Position numbers and translations under genes: made by a program
From: Phycisphaerales bacterium
GTDB lineage: Bacteria > Planctomycetota > Phycisphaerae > Phycisphaerales > UBA1924
Direction of reading: 5' to 3'
DNA: 14,311 nucleotides
Assembly: GCA_947476675.1 (NCBI GenBank)
Contig: CANJRL010000068.1
Span: forward strand, 1-14,311
In this document: positions 1 through 8,956 of the stretch, one piece after another
Numbering within the stretch: the stretch's first letter is position 1
Layout: every line of letters begins with the position of its first letter
Notes under the pieces: model-generated
Told to the model about the DNA's origin: nothing
The model's input: only the letters and a program-made list of their open reading frames with translations
Database searches by the model: none

Positions 1-220
1 GGCCCACGGGGCCAGCGTCTTCAGCGCCCTTCGCACCTTGGCCCGAGCCGCCGGGGCCGACGATTCCGATCGGATCGCCGCCGAGACGCTCCTGCTGATC
101 GCGGGGGCCATGACGCTGTGGCAGATCAGCGGAGATGCCGGCGCGGCGCGCACTGCCCGCGCCGCGATGGAGGCGCTCCTCCACCGCCGGACGGCGCCCC
201 ACGCCGCCTCGGGGGCCTGA
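1..220 (+). CDS. 3'-terminal fragment of an upstream gene. The 5' end lies outside the window and the function is unknown.
   Basis: The frame is open from the window edge to TGA at 218-220. The translation is ...AHGASVFSALRTLARAAGADDSDRIAAETLLLIAGAMTLWQISGDAGAARTARAAMEALLHRRTAPHAASGA. I recognise no domain in it. Confidence 0.35.
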   Translation, partial: AHGASVFSALRTLARAAGADDSDRIAAETLLLIAGAMTLWQISGDAGAARTARAAMEALLHRRTAPHAASGA

Positions 221-441
221 CCCCGGATCAGGCCCGCCGCCGCCGCGCGCCCAGCGCTGCCCCGCCCAGCGCCAGCGAGCATCGCCCGAGCCGCAAGGAT
301 TCTGCGCGCCAGGCGTGCCAAGGAGTGCGCAGCGGCCCCCTCCCGGACCGCCCTCCCGGGCCCGCTCCGGCACGTGCTATTCTTGAAATCCCGCCCATTT
401 CCGTCGCGGCGGCGGCCCCCGAGCACGCGAGACCATCGCCC

Positions 442-1902
442 ATGGCCCACCACAAGTCCTCCGACCCCAACATCTTCATCCTGCCCGACCTCGGCGAGGG
501 CGTGCACGAGGCGGAACTCATCTCGTGGAAGGTCAAGCCCGGCGACCGCGTCGAGGAGCACCAGACCGTCGCTGAGATGGAGACCGATAAAGCCCTCGTC
601 GAGGTGCCCAGCCCCCGCGCCGGGGTCATCAAGGAACTCATGGGCAACCCCGGCGACATCATGAAGGTCGGCGAGGTGGCGTGGACGTACGAGGGCGCTT
701 CGGCCCCGGCGCCTGCGACGCCAACGCAGAGCCGCGGGCATGCCGCCCAGGCCAAGCCGGCTGCTCCCCGGCCGGCTGCGCCCGGTGGCGGCCGGGCCGA
801 TGTCGCCCAGGAAGAGCGCGAGGACGCGGGCACCGTGGTCGGGCAGATGTCGGGGGAGATGGCGGGGATGTCCGCCGCCCCGGGCAAGGCCCTGGCGACG
901 CCGGCGGTGCGCCGGCTGGCTCGCGACCTGGGGGTCGACATCGATTCCATCGCCGGCTCCGGCATCGGGGGCCGGGTGCTGGAGAAGGACGTGCGCACCG
1001 CCTCGTCCTCCTCTGCCTCCTCCCACCCCTCTCCCTCCGGGAGAGGGCAGGGTGAGGGGTCTCAGCGCCGGATCGCGCAACCGGCGCCCGCGCGGCGTGT
1101 CGCCGATGAGGAGCACGAGATCGTCGACACCGTCCCGGCGCGCCCGGCGGCGTCGCTCGCCTCGACCGTCCCGGCGAAGGCGCCGGCCCGCGTCCCGGCG
1201 CCGCAGGACATCACCCGCATCCCCTTCCGGGGCGTCCGGCGCACGATCGCCAACCGGCTGCGGCAGTCGATCGACACGGCGGTGCACTTCACCGTGATGG
1301 ACGAGGCGGACGTGAGCGGGCTGGACGGCGTGCGCAAGCGCACCGCGGCGGCGTCGGGGGAGAAGATCTCGTTCCTTCCCTTCGTGATGTCGGCGGTGTG
1401 CCGCGCGCTGCGGGCCTTCCCGTCGCTGAACGCGACGGTGGACGACGAGGCCGGGGAGATCGTGCGGCACCGATCGATCCATCTGGGGATGGCGGCCGAC
1501 ACCGAGCACGGGCTGACGGTGCCGGTGATCTTCGATTGCGACAGCCTTGGGGTGATCCAGATCGGTCGTCAGGTCGAGGAACTGGCGCGGATGACGCGGG
1601 ACCGCTCGATCCCGCGCGACCTGCTGATGGGCTCGACGTTCACGATCAGCAACGTCGGGTCGTACGCGGGCCGGTTCGCGACCCCGGTGATCAACTACCC
1701 GGAGGTGGCGATCCTGGGCGTGGGCCGGGTCCGCGAGGGCGTGGCGGTGAAGGACGGGGCGATCCGCATCGCCAAACTGATGCCGCTGAGCCTGGCGGCG
1801 GACCACCGCACGGTGGACGGGGCGGAGGCGGCGAAGTTCCTGCAGCACGTGATCGACCTGCTGCAGGCGCCGGAGTCGCTGCTGGCGCCGGCGCGGGGGT
1901 GA
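442..1902 (+). CDS. Dihydrolipoamide acyltransferase, the E2 component of a 2-oxo acid dehydrogenase complex. Substrate class not assignable from sequence.
   Basis: The N-terminal lipoyl domain (LPDLGEGVHEAELISWKVKPGDRV...AEMETDKALVEVPSP) carries the lipoyl-lysine in ETDKA. It is followed by a peripheral-subunit-binding domain (ALATPAVRRLARDLGVDIDSIAGSGIGGRVLEKDV). An Ala/Pro/Ser-rich linker then leads to the C-terminal catalytic domain with the DHRTVDGAEAAKF motif. The ATG at 442 gives a 486-aa product. The 108 in-frame upstream codons are Arg/Pro-rich and lack homology. Confidence 0.85.
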   Translation: MAHHKSSDPNIFILPDLGEGVHEAELISWKVKPGDRVEEHQTVAEMETDKALVEVPSPRAGVIKELMGNPGDIMKVGEVAWTYEGASAPAPATPTQSRGHAAQAKPAAPRPAAPGGGRADVAQEEREDAGTVVGQMSGEMAGMSAAPGKALATPAVRRLARDLGVDIDSIAGSGIGGRVLEKDVRTASSSSASSHPSPSGRGQGEGSQRRIAQPAPARRVADEEHEIVDTVPARPAASLASTVPAKAPARVPAPQDITRIPFRGVRRTIANRLRQSIDTAVHFTVMDEADVSGLDGVRKRTAAASGEKISFLPFVMSAVCRALRAFPSLNATVDDEAGEIVRHRSIHLGMAADTEHGLTVPVIFDCDSLGVIQIGRQVEELARMTRDRSIPRDLLMGSTFTISNVGSYAGRFATPVINYPEVAILGVGRVREGVAVKDGAIRIAKLMPLSLAADHRTVDGAEAAKFLQHVIDLLQAPESLLAPARG

Positions 1903-1922
1903 GATCGCGGATTCTCGGCATC

Positions 1923-2891
1923 CTATCTCGGATCTGGTTCCGGTCGCTGTCTCTCTCGGCTGAGTCCGCGTTGAAGGCGTGATTCGACATCCTCGACAGC
2001 CTGGCCCGCGGCCTTGGCTTGCTGGAGCCACTCCGTGTGAACCGGGCGTGGCTGCCCCCACCGCACCGCGGTGTCCACAAGCATGGTGAGAAGGGCGGCG
2101 GTGTCGTCCTGCTTCATCGCCTCCTCGGCCGCGAGTTCGGCGTCGCGCTCGCGCCCTCCCGCGAGCATCCCCGCGTACACGCGCCCCGCGCGCTCTCGGA
2201 ACGCCAGGGCCACGCGGTCGCGCTCCCGCACGGCGTCCGCTCGCATGGCTCTCAGCCTGTGCGCCAATTGCTGCCCTTCCTCTGATTCGATCATCCTGTA
2301 GACCTGCAGCACCGCCGCGATTCGGCGGATTGTCTCCTTGGGATCGTCGTAAAGAGTGGAAACATCCGCGAAGCGCTCGCGCGACTCGAGCAGCACGGCA
2401 AGATCCCCCGCGAGCGATCGTTGGGCCGTCGCAAACCGGATGGTCGCCCGCCCTTCCTCTGTTTCCTTGTTGCGATCAAACCACGCGAGCGTCCGCTCGG
2501 GGTCGACGCAGACCCGGTTGAGCCACAGCCAATCGCGCAGATCGTCGAAGGTTCGCGCATCGGTCCGCAAGATCGTTTCGACGGTGTCTCGCTGCGCCGC
2601 CGCGGCCGCCCTCGCCCTCGGCGACCGCAACGCCGCGGCCTCGATCTGATTTTCCAGGTAGTACCTGTGTGCGATGCCGACAACCTCGCGGCGCAGCGCC
2701 ACAAACTCGGCCACGCCTCCCTCCCCATCGCCTCTCGCAGCGTTCGCGCACGCCGCGTCGGCGCGGGCCCACCATGCCGCCCAGCCGCCGGGCGGCTCGC
2801 GCTCGGACTGTGTGTCGCTTCGCCCGAACGCCGCCCCTGGAACACACGCCGACAGCGCGAACGCACCGAGGGCTCTGATCCATCCGTTCAT
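1923..2891 (-). CDS. Hypothetical secreted protein with an N-terminal signal peptide.
   Basis: The ORF is 322 aa. Its N-terminus MNGWIRALGAFALSACVPGAAFG is signal-peptide-like. GGGAGA sits about 9 nt upstream of the ATG on the minus strand. I recognise no conserved domain. Confidence 0.5.
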   Translation of the reverse strand: MNGWIRALGAFALSACVPGAAFGRSDTQSEREPPGGWAAWWARADAACANAARGDGEGGVAEFVALRREVVGIAHRYYLENQIEAAALRSPRARAAAAAQRDTVETILRTDARTFDDLRDWLWLNRVCVDPERTLAWFDRNKETEEGRATIRFATAQRSLAGDLAVLLESRERFADVSTLYDDPKETIRRIAAVLQVYRMIESEEGQQLAHRLRAMRADAVRERDRVALAFRERAGRVYAGMLAGGRERDAELAAEEAMKQDDTAALLTMLVDTAVRWGQPRPVHTEWLQQAKAAGQAVEDVESRLQRGLSRERQRPEPDPR

Positions 2892-3017
2892 CGTGGTTGT
2901 CTCCCGGCCCGGGGGGCCGCCTTCGCCGACAGAACCTACCGGCGATCTGCGCTGACGATGCGGAGAAAAATGCGGCCTGGGTGACAGCCCGCGGCCGCTC
3001 GCGCGTCTAGCGACCCG

Positions 3018-3024
3018 AAGGAGG
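3018..3024 (+). promoter_or_regulatory. Shine-Dalgarno sequence (AAGGAGG) for the 3030 start.
   Basis: GAAGGAGG lies 6-7 nt upstream of the ATG at 3030. Confidence 0.6.
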
Positions 3025-3029
3025 CCTCC

Positions 3030-4046
3030 ATGCCCGCGCCCAAGCCCGCGATTCTTGCTGTCGTCGCCGCCGCCTCGGTCGGCGTTGCCGCCTGGTCGGT
3101 GATGGGATCAACCGCCTCGCGCACGCCTCTGGCCGCGCCGCGCTCGTCGGTGAACGCCGAGACCGCCTCGCTCGACCGCCCCTCCCGGGACGCGGCGGCC
3201 CGCGCAGATCCGGCCGCGACCCCTCCGCGCACCGCCGAGGCCGCGGCCGAGCCCGCCCCCAACTTCCCCGCGATCGCCGGCCCGGCGGACATCGAGCAGT
3301 CGCTCTCGGCGCTGGCGCAGAGGGCCGGCGACGAGAGCCGCTCGGTGCCCGAACTCGCCGCGATGGGCGCTGCGGCGTCGGGGGGGTTTGCGGACAGCGC
3401 GGCCAAGGCGCTCGCGCCGTTTCTGCACGGGTCGCGGGAGAAGATGATCGAGACCGTCAGGGCGCTCGGGGGCACGCCCCCGGAGGTTGCCGCCAACTCG
3501 GGCAAGGCGCCTCCCAACAACCCGCTGTTCGCGCTGCTCAAGAACGCGTCGCTGGATTACTCGCGGGCCCGCGTGATTCCCAAGATGGTGAACGGGCAGG
3601 CGAGGGCCGATGACGACGACGTCATGGCGGCGATGAACGATGGCGCGGCGCGCACCGCGTCGGGCAAGGCGATCCCGGGCACGATGAGCGCCGAGGCGGC
3701 GGAGCGTGCGGCCTCCTCCGGCGGGGCGCGGCGCGAGGCCCGGACCGTCATGAAGATGATGACCGGCGCCATGTACCCGGACGTGCAGGACCCGGCGAGC
3801 AAGAAACTCAGCGTGTTCGAGGTCCGCGTGCCGGTGCTGATGGAGGGCGCCGACCCGAAGGCCACCAAGGCCGAGATCGGCGTGGAACTGGCGTACGAGC
3901 CATCCAAGAGACTGTGGCAGCCGGTGGGTGTGAACGTGTACAACCTCGACGCGGCGCAGGCGATGAAACTCGCGAGGGCGGCGCAGGAAGCCCGCGATGC
4001 GCGCGAGGCCGAGCAGCCCTCCGACCCCTCGAAGGCGGTGAAGTGA
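3030..4046 (+). CDS. Hypothetical membrane-anchored, Ala-rich protein, the first gene of a coupled pair.
   Basis: The ORF is 338 aa with a strong Shine-Dalgarno sequence. Its N-terminal hydrophobic anchor is PAILAVVAAASVGVAAWSV, followed by an Ala/Pro-rich low-complexity stretch. The stop TGA overlaps the next gene's ATG (TGATG at 4044-4048). Confidence 0.6.
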   Translation: MPAPKPAILAVVAAASVGVAAWSVMGSTASRTPLAAPRSSVNAETASLDRPSRDAAARADPAATPPRTAEAAAEPAPNFPAIAGPADIEQSLSALAQRAGDESRSVPELAAMGAAASGGFADSAAKALAPFLHGSREKMIETVRALGGTPPEVAANSGKAPPNNPLFALLKNASLDYSRARVIPKMVNGQARADDDDVMAAMNDGAARTASGKAIPGTMSAEAAERAASSGGARREARTVMKMMTGAMYPDVQDPASKKLSVFEVRVPVLMEGADPKATKAEIGVELAYEPSKRLWQPVGVNVYNLDAAQAMKLARAAQEARDAREAEQPSDPSKAVK

Positions 4047-4882
4047 TGCGTTCTGCGTCCGTTCCCCCTGCTCGGGCGGGCTTCACGCTCGTCGAGTTGC
4101 TGGTGGTGATCAGCATCGTCTCGCTGCTGATCGCGCTCCTGGCCCCGGCGCTGGGGGGCGCCCGGATGGAGGCTCGGCGGCTCAAGTCGGTGACCAATGC
4201 CCGCTCGATCGCGTCAACCTTTCAGCAGGTCAACGACGCGGCCGGGCATTACCCCTTCCGGAAGGCGGGGACGCGGCCCGAAGGCGCCCCTCCCGGCGCG
4301 CCGGCGCCGCCCCCCGGGGTGCTCCTCGTCGAATGGTGGCCCAAGGGCACGATAATCGGCGTGTCGTCGCACTGGGCGCACGAGTACCTCTGGCCCGGGA
4401 TGCTGGGCGCGGCGGCGACCTGGCAGAGCCATTACGCGACGTGGGTCTCGCCGGGTCGCTCGACGAGTCTTCCGGAATCGCTGCCCAGCGCCGGGGTTCC
4501 GGGCGAGGATGGCGAGGAGTCCCCCAAGATCGAGCGTGTGGTGTCGTACCGCTACTCGAACTCGTTCGTGGCCAAGCCGGCGCTGTGGAGGCAAGGGACT
4601 GACCTGAGCGCGGCGCTGCTCGCGCCGATCGCTTCGCACGAGGTGGTGTACCCGTCGCAGAAGGCGATGGTGTACGACGCGGAACTGGCGTACCTGCGCA
4701 AGGCGCCGCCGGTGGTCAACGGGCATTACCAGGTCGCGACGCCGATGGCCTTCGCCGACGGGCACGCGGACGCGAAGGACCCGACGGAGGCGAACCCCGG
4801 CGCCGCGAACCCGCTCAACGGGGGGTCGACGATGAACCTTCACAACACGCCCGAGGGCGTGGCGGGGTGGGACTACCGCTGA
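4046..4882 (+). CDS. Prepilin-type N-terminal cleavage/methylation domain protein, DUF1559-like (type II secretion pseudopilin-like).
   Basis: The N-terminus MRSASVPPARAG|FTLVELLVVISIVSLLIALLAPAL matches the class III signal peptide and N-methylation motif (G-FTLxE). The C-terminus has a motif resembling H-X9-DG (NGHYQVATPMAFADGH). The ATG at 4046 overlaps the upstream stop, indicating translational coupling. Confidence 0.75.
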   Translation: MRSASVPPARAGFTLVELLVVISIVSLLIALLAPALGGARMEARRLKSVTNARSIASTFQQVNDAAGHYPFRKAGTRPEGAPPGAPAPPPGVLLVEWWPKGTIIGVSSHWAHEYLWPGMLGAAATWQSHYATWVSPGRSTSLPESLPSAGVPGEDGEESPKIERVVSYRYSNSFVAKPALWRQGTDLSAALLAPIASHEVVYPSQKAMVYDAELAYLRKAPPVVNGHYQVATPMAFADGHADAKDPTEANPGAANPLNGGSTMNLHNTPEGVAGWDYR

Positions 4883-6567
4883 TCGCGTGCGGGCGCCGCG
4901 GCGGGCCTGGCCTGCTCGGCCTGCGCCCGCGCCGGAGGGGTCGTCTCGTCCTGCCTCGACGCCATCCACTCGAGCATGGTGCCGACGAGGGCGGAGGTCT
5001 CGGGCGATTGGGCGCCCGGCGCGGCGCTGTAGCCCGGCGCGACCATGACCCGCGGCGTGATCTGCACGCCGGTCTCGCCCACGATCTTGAGCATCTCGAG
5101 CATCGCGGCGTTCCGCGAGCCCACCTGCCGGGCCACCAGTTCGTAGGCCCTTGCCTGCGCCTCGGCCTTGATCCGGATCGACTCGGCCTCTGCGCCCGCC
5201 GCGATCACCTGCTTCTTCTTCTCTTCCTCGGCGATCTTCACGGCGTAGGCAGCGGTGGCGAGGCGCTTCTCCTCTTCGGCCTCCTGGGTGGTGCGGGAGA
5301 GTTCCTTCTTCTTCTCGGCGGCTCGCTGCTGCTCTGCGAAGGTGACCTGCTCCTGCTTGGCGATCTCGCGCTGGGTCTGGGTGAGCAGCAGGGCGCCGAG
5401 GGACTTCTCGTCGCCGATCGAGCCGATGTTGACGCCGGTGACGGTCACGCCCAGTTCCTTCATGTGCCGCGCGATTGCCTCACGGGCCTGGTCCTCCTGC
5501 TGGCTCCGCTGCTGGACGTAGTCAAGGGCGCGGACGCCCTCGGCGGAGTTGCGGAAGGCGGCCCTGACCACGGTGTTGAGGAGCCCGCGGAAGCGCTCGC
5601 CCTCGTCGTCGCCGAGCCGGGCGACGACCAGGGGGGCGGACGCGGCGTCGATCTTGTAGGACACGCGGACGTCGACGGGGAAGGTGAACCCGTCGGCGGT
5701 GCGGACGATGATCTCGCGCTCGTCCTGGACCGCGTGGCCGACGCCGTCGCTCTTGCGCGAGACGGGGTTCGCCGCGGCGCTGGCGGTGTAGTGGGCGACC
5801 ATCTCGGTGGTCCAGATCTCGGTGACGGTGAAGGCCTCGGTGTTGAGGGCATACTTCCCGGGGGGCAGGGCCTTCTGGCGGACGCCCATCTCGGCGTCGT
5901 CGGCCAGCCAGGTCTCGTCGACGTTGCCGATCTGCGTCTGGGTGGTCTTCTTGATGGTCGGCGGGGCGCCGTAGTTCGCCGTCAGGACCGCCACCTCGCC
6001 GGCCTTGACCTCGGTCTGCTTGAGCATGCGGACGGCGTAGAGTTCCGTGTTCAGGCGGTAGCGCCCGGGGGTGAGGACCGTCGCCTGGCGGCCCTTGAAG
6101 CCGCCCCCGGCGGTCAGGAAGTGCCTCGCGTCGAGCATCTGCTGCAGGTCGGAGGTCTTCCATTCCGGCGCGAACAGCTGGCCATGGGGCAGCGGGGCGC
6201 CGTCGCGCGTCTCGATGATCCCGACCTCGTCGCCCTTGACCTCGATGAGCGGCACGGTCTTCACCGTGTACAGCACCGGCCAGTACCACCAGTGCCAGCC
6301 GGGGGCCAGCACGTCGGCCTGCACGCCCATCTCGCCCTTGGTGGCGACGATGCGGCCGTCCTGGAGCGAGGGGCCCAGGGCGTTCCTGGTCACGATGCCG
6401 ACCTCGCCGGCGCCCACGTACTTGACGCTGCCCAGGGCGAAGCCGGCGAGGGCGACCACCATCGCGGCAAGCACCGCGACGCCGCGGAGAGGCCCCATCC
6501 CCCGGGGGAGCAGCACCCCGGCCGCGATCGCGGTCAGCAGGCCCAGAATGCAGATTGCAATCCCCAT
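4873..6567 (-). CDS. SPFH/band-7 family flotillin-like protein (YqiK-type).
   Basis: An N-terminal membrane hairpin (MGIAICILGLLTAIAAGVLL...) is followed by an SPFH domain. The C-terminus is a Glu/Ala/Lys-rich coiled-coil region (AEKKKELSRTTQEAEEEKRLATAAYAVKIAEEEKKKQ...). The start is chosen at ATG 6567, which has AAGGAG 8 nt upstream. The ORF continues in frame to 6840, but that extension overlaps asnS and has no Shine-Dalgarno sequence. Confidence 0.85.
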   Translation of the reverse strand: MGIAICILGLLTAIAAGVLLPRGMGPLRGVAVLAAMVVALAGFALGSVKYVGAGEVGIVTRNALGPSLQDGRIVATKGEMGVQADVLAPGWHWWYWPVLYTVKTVPLIEVKGDEVGIIETRDGAPLPHGQLFAPEWKTSDLQQMLDARHFLTAGGGFKGRQATVLTPGRYRLNTELYAVRMLKQTEVKAGEVAVLTANYGAPPTIKKTTQTQIGNVDETWLADDAEMGVRQKALPPGKYALNTEAFTVTEIWTTEMVAHYTASAAANPVSRKSDGVGHAVQDEREIIVRTADGFTFPVDVRVSYKIDAASAPLVVARLGDDEGERFRGLLNTVVRAAFRNSAEGVRALDYVQQRSQQEDQAREAIARHMKELGVTVTGVNIGSIGDEKSLGALLLTQTQREIAKQEQVTFAEQQRAAEKKKELSRTTQEAEEEKRLATAAYAVKIAEEEKKKQVIAAGAEAESIRIKAEAQARAYELVARQVGSRNAAMLEMLKIVGETGVQITPRVMVAPGYSAAPGAQSPETSALVGTMLEWMASRQDETTPPARAQAEQARPAAAPARDQR

Positions 6568-6575
6568 GATCCACA

Positions 6576-6581
6576 CTCCTT
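6576..6581 (-). promoter_or_regulatory. Shine-Dalgarno sequence (AAGGAG) for the flotillin start at 6567.
   Basis: The reverse complement of CTCCTT at 6576-6581 is AAGGAG, 8 nt upstream of the ATG. Confidence 0.55.
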
Positions 6582-6607
6582 GCGGCGGGGTTTGAGCGTC
6601 CCGCCGC
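6582..6607. repeat. Inverted repeat/hairpin (8-bp GC stem GCGGCGGG/CCCGCCGC, 10-nt loop) in the flotillin-asnS divergent intergenic region, directly abutting the flotillin Shine-Dalgarno sequence.
   Basis: The repeat is seen directly: 6582-6589 pairs with 6600-6607. Confidence 0.4.
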
Positions 6608-6667
6608 TTGATCATCCCACGTTTCGGCCCACGGCGTCGCCCGGTGCGACCGCTGTAGGATCGGGCC

Positions 6668-8109
<1,442 letters not shown>

Positions 8110-8113
<4 letters not shown>

Positions 8114-8754
8114 GGCTCAGCCGCCCATCGTGACGGGCGTTCGAGGACAAAGCCGTCTGGCGTCTCGATCCTCGTCGGCAGCTGGCAGCGTTCGAAGTCA
8201 CGCTTGCGTAGTCGTCTGATGTCGCGCGCGAGTTTGCGGAGTTCCTCAGAACCTCGACGGGGCGGGAAGACCGTGATGACTCGTTTGCTGCTCGCCACTC
8301 TTCGGAGCCCCTCTAAGGCGGGCGAAAGATCGCTATCGGCAGAGAAGAGAAACGCGGTGTCAAATCTGTCTGCGATCGCGTCTTCGAGCAGATGGATCGC
8401 TATGTTGACGTCCGTCTTCTTCTCCTGATGCTGCATATGCTCGGCGCTGCATTGCCGGCATCGCCGAATGTCGCTGCGGTATGAGCCGTAGACGATCTCG
8501 ATACTCTTCGAGCACATGAGTGCATCAAGATAGGTTGTCTGCCGCAGCATCTTGGCTTGGTCGGAGGGAGGTCGGAGTCGCGCCGTGAAGTATTTGGTAG
8601 CGACCAGGTTGAGGCCGAAGTCGCGGGCGACATGGTCCGCAAGCTTATGAAGATCGAGCCAGTAGTAATGACGCAGTCCCGCGGATTTCATTCCGAAATA
8701 GAGATTGAAGCCGTCGATATATGCGATGGCGCGTGCTGCTTCTGATTCACTCAT
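8110..8754 (-). CDS. NYN-domain (PIN-like, LabA-type) predicted ribonuclease with a CxxC motif, encoded in a compositionally atypical region (about 55% GC).
   Basis: The NYN catalytic signatures are present: AYIDGFNLY (Asp/Asn), [15 protein letters not shown], and [12 protein letters not shown]. The ATG at 8754 begins [16 protein letters not shown]. The ORF track begins at 8796, but that codon is TTG. The stop overlaps the asnS stop by 4 nt (convergent). Confidence 0.75.
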
Positions 8755-8802
8755 GGGCGAGAAGGTTACCGGGCGGCTCGCGTGGCCGTCTGCCAACCAC
8801 GG

Positions 8803-8831
8803 TTGACAACCTGTCGGCAGCTGCCGATACT
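8803..8831 (+). promoter_or_regulatory. Sigma70-like promoter, TTGACA-N17-GATACT, pointing rightward into the intergenic region.
   Basis: TTGACA lies at 8803-8808, followed by a 17-nt spacer and GATACT at 8826-8831. No plus-strand CDS follows, only the hairpins and terminator below. Confidence 0.3.
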
Positions 8832-8837
8832 TCTCGT

Positions 8838-8900
8838 AGCAGCACCGGAGATAGCATCTCCGGCCCGACGCTCCGCACAGCGGGGCGTCGGTTCATTTTT
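8838..8900 (+). ncRNA. Candidate small RNA of about 60 nt, bounded by the promoter-like element and an intrinsic terminator. It is antisense to the leader region of the NYN gene.
   Basis: Hairpin 1 is CCGGAGAT-AGC-ATCTCCGG (8845-8863). Hairpin 2 is a 12-bp GC-rich stem (8865-8891) followed by TTCATTTTT. No ORF is present. Confidence 0.3.
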
Positions 8901-8907
8901 GCCTTTG
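8865..8907 (+). terminator. Rho-independent terminator: 12-bp GC stem with a 3-nt loop, then a U-tract (TTCATTTTTGCCTTTG).
   Basis: CCGACGCTCCGC-ACA-GCGGGGCGTCGG is followed by a T-rich run on the plus strand only. The minus-strand reading has an A-run before the stem and no U-tract after it. Confidence 0.5.
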
Positions 8908-8929
8908 TCTTCTTCTCATACGCGGCATT

Positions 8930-8939
8930 ATCGCGATAG
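8930..8939. repeat. Perfect 10-bp palindrome TATCGCGATA with adjacent CGCGAT repeats (candidate operator) just downstream of the DinB-like gene stop.
   Basis: The palindrome is seen directly. CGCGATA, CGCGATG and ATCGCG are clustered across 8921-8947. Confidence 0.3.
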
Positions 8940-8956
8940 AACGCGATGAAAAGTGC

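Noticed and set aside
118-441. An in-frame N-terminal extension of the E2 ORF.
   Set aside because: It is Arg/Pro-rich and non-homologous. The lipoyl domain begins cleanly at Met 442 (MAHHKSSDPNIFILPDLGEG).
228-6574. Assorted minus- and plus-strand shadow ORFs (for example 228..998 minus, 740..1297 plus, 2291..2866 minus, 5522..6574 minus, 6686..8005 minus).
   Set aside because: They overlap strongly supported genes in other frames or strands, with Arg/Pro/Gly-dominated composition characteristic of high-GC shadow ORFs.
8755-8796. The upstream start of the NYN ORF as given in the ORF track (MADGHASRPVTFSP).
   Set aside because: The codon at 8796 is TTG, not ATG. The NYN domain begins right after the ATG at 8754.
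8204-8939. Small plus-strand ORFs (74, 62 and 72 aa) antisense to the NYN gene and in the intergenic region.
   Set aside because: They show no coding signatures or Shine-Dalgarno sequences and lie antisense to a supported CDS. The intergenic element is better explained as a non-coding RNA.
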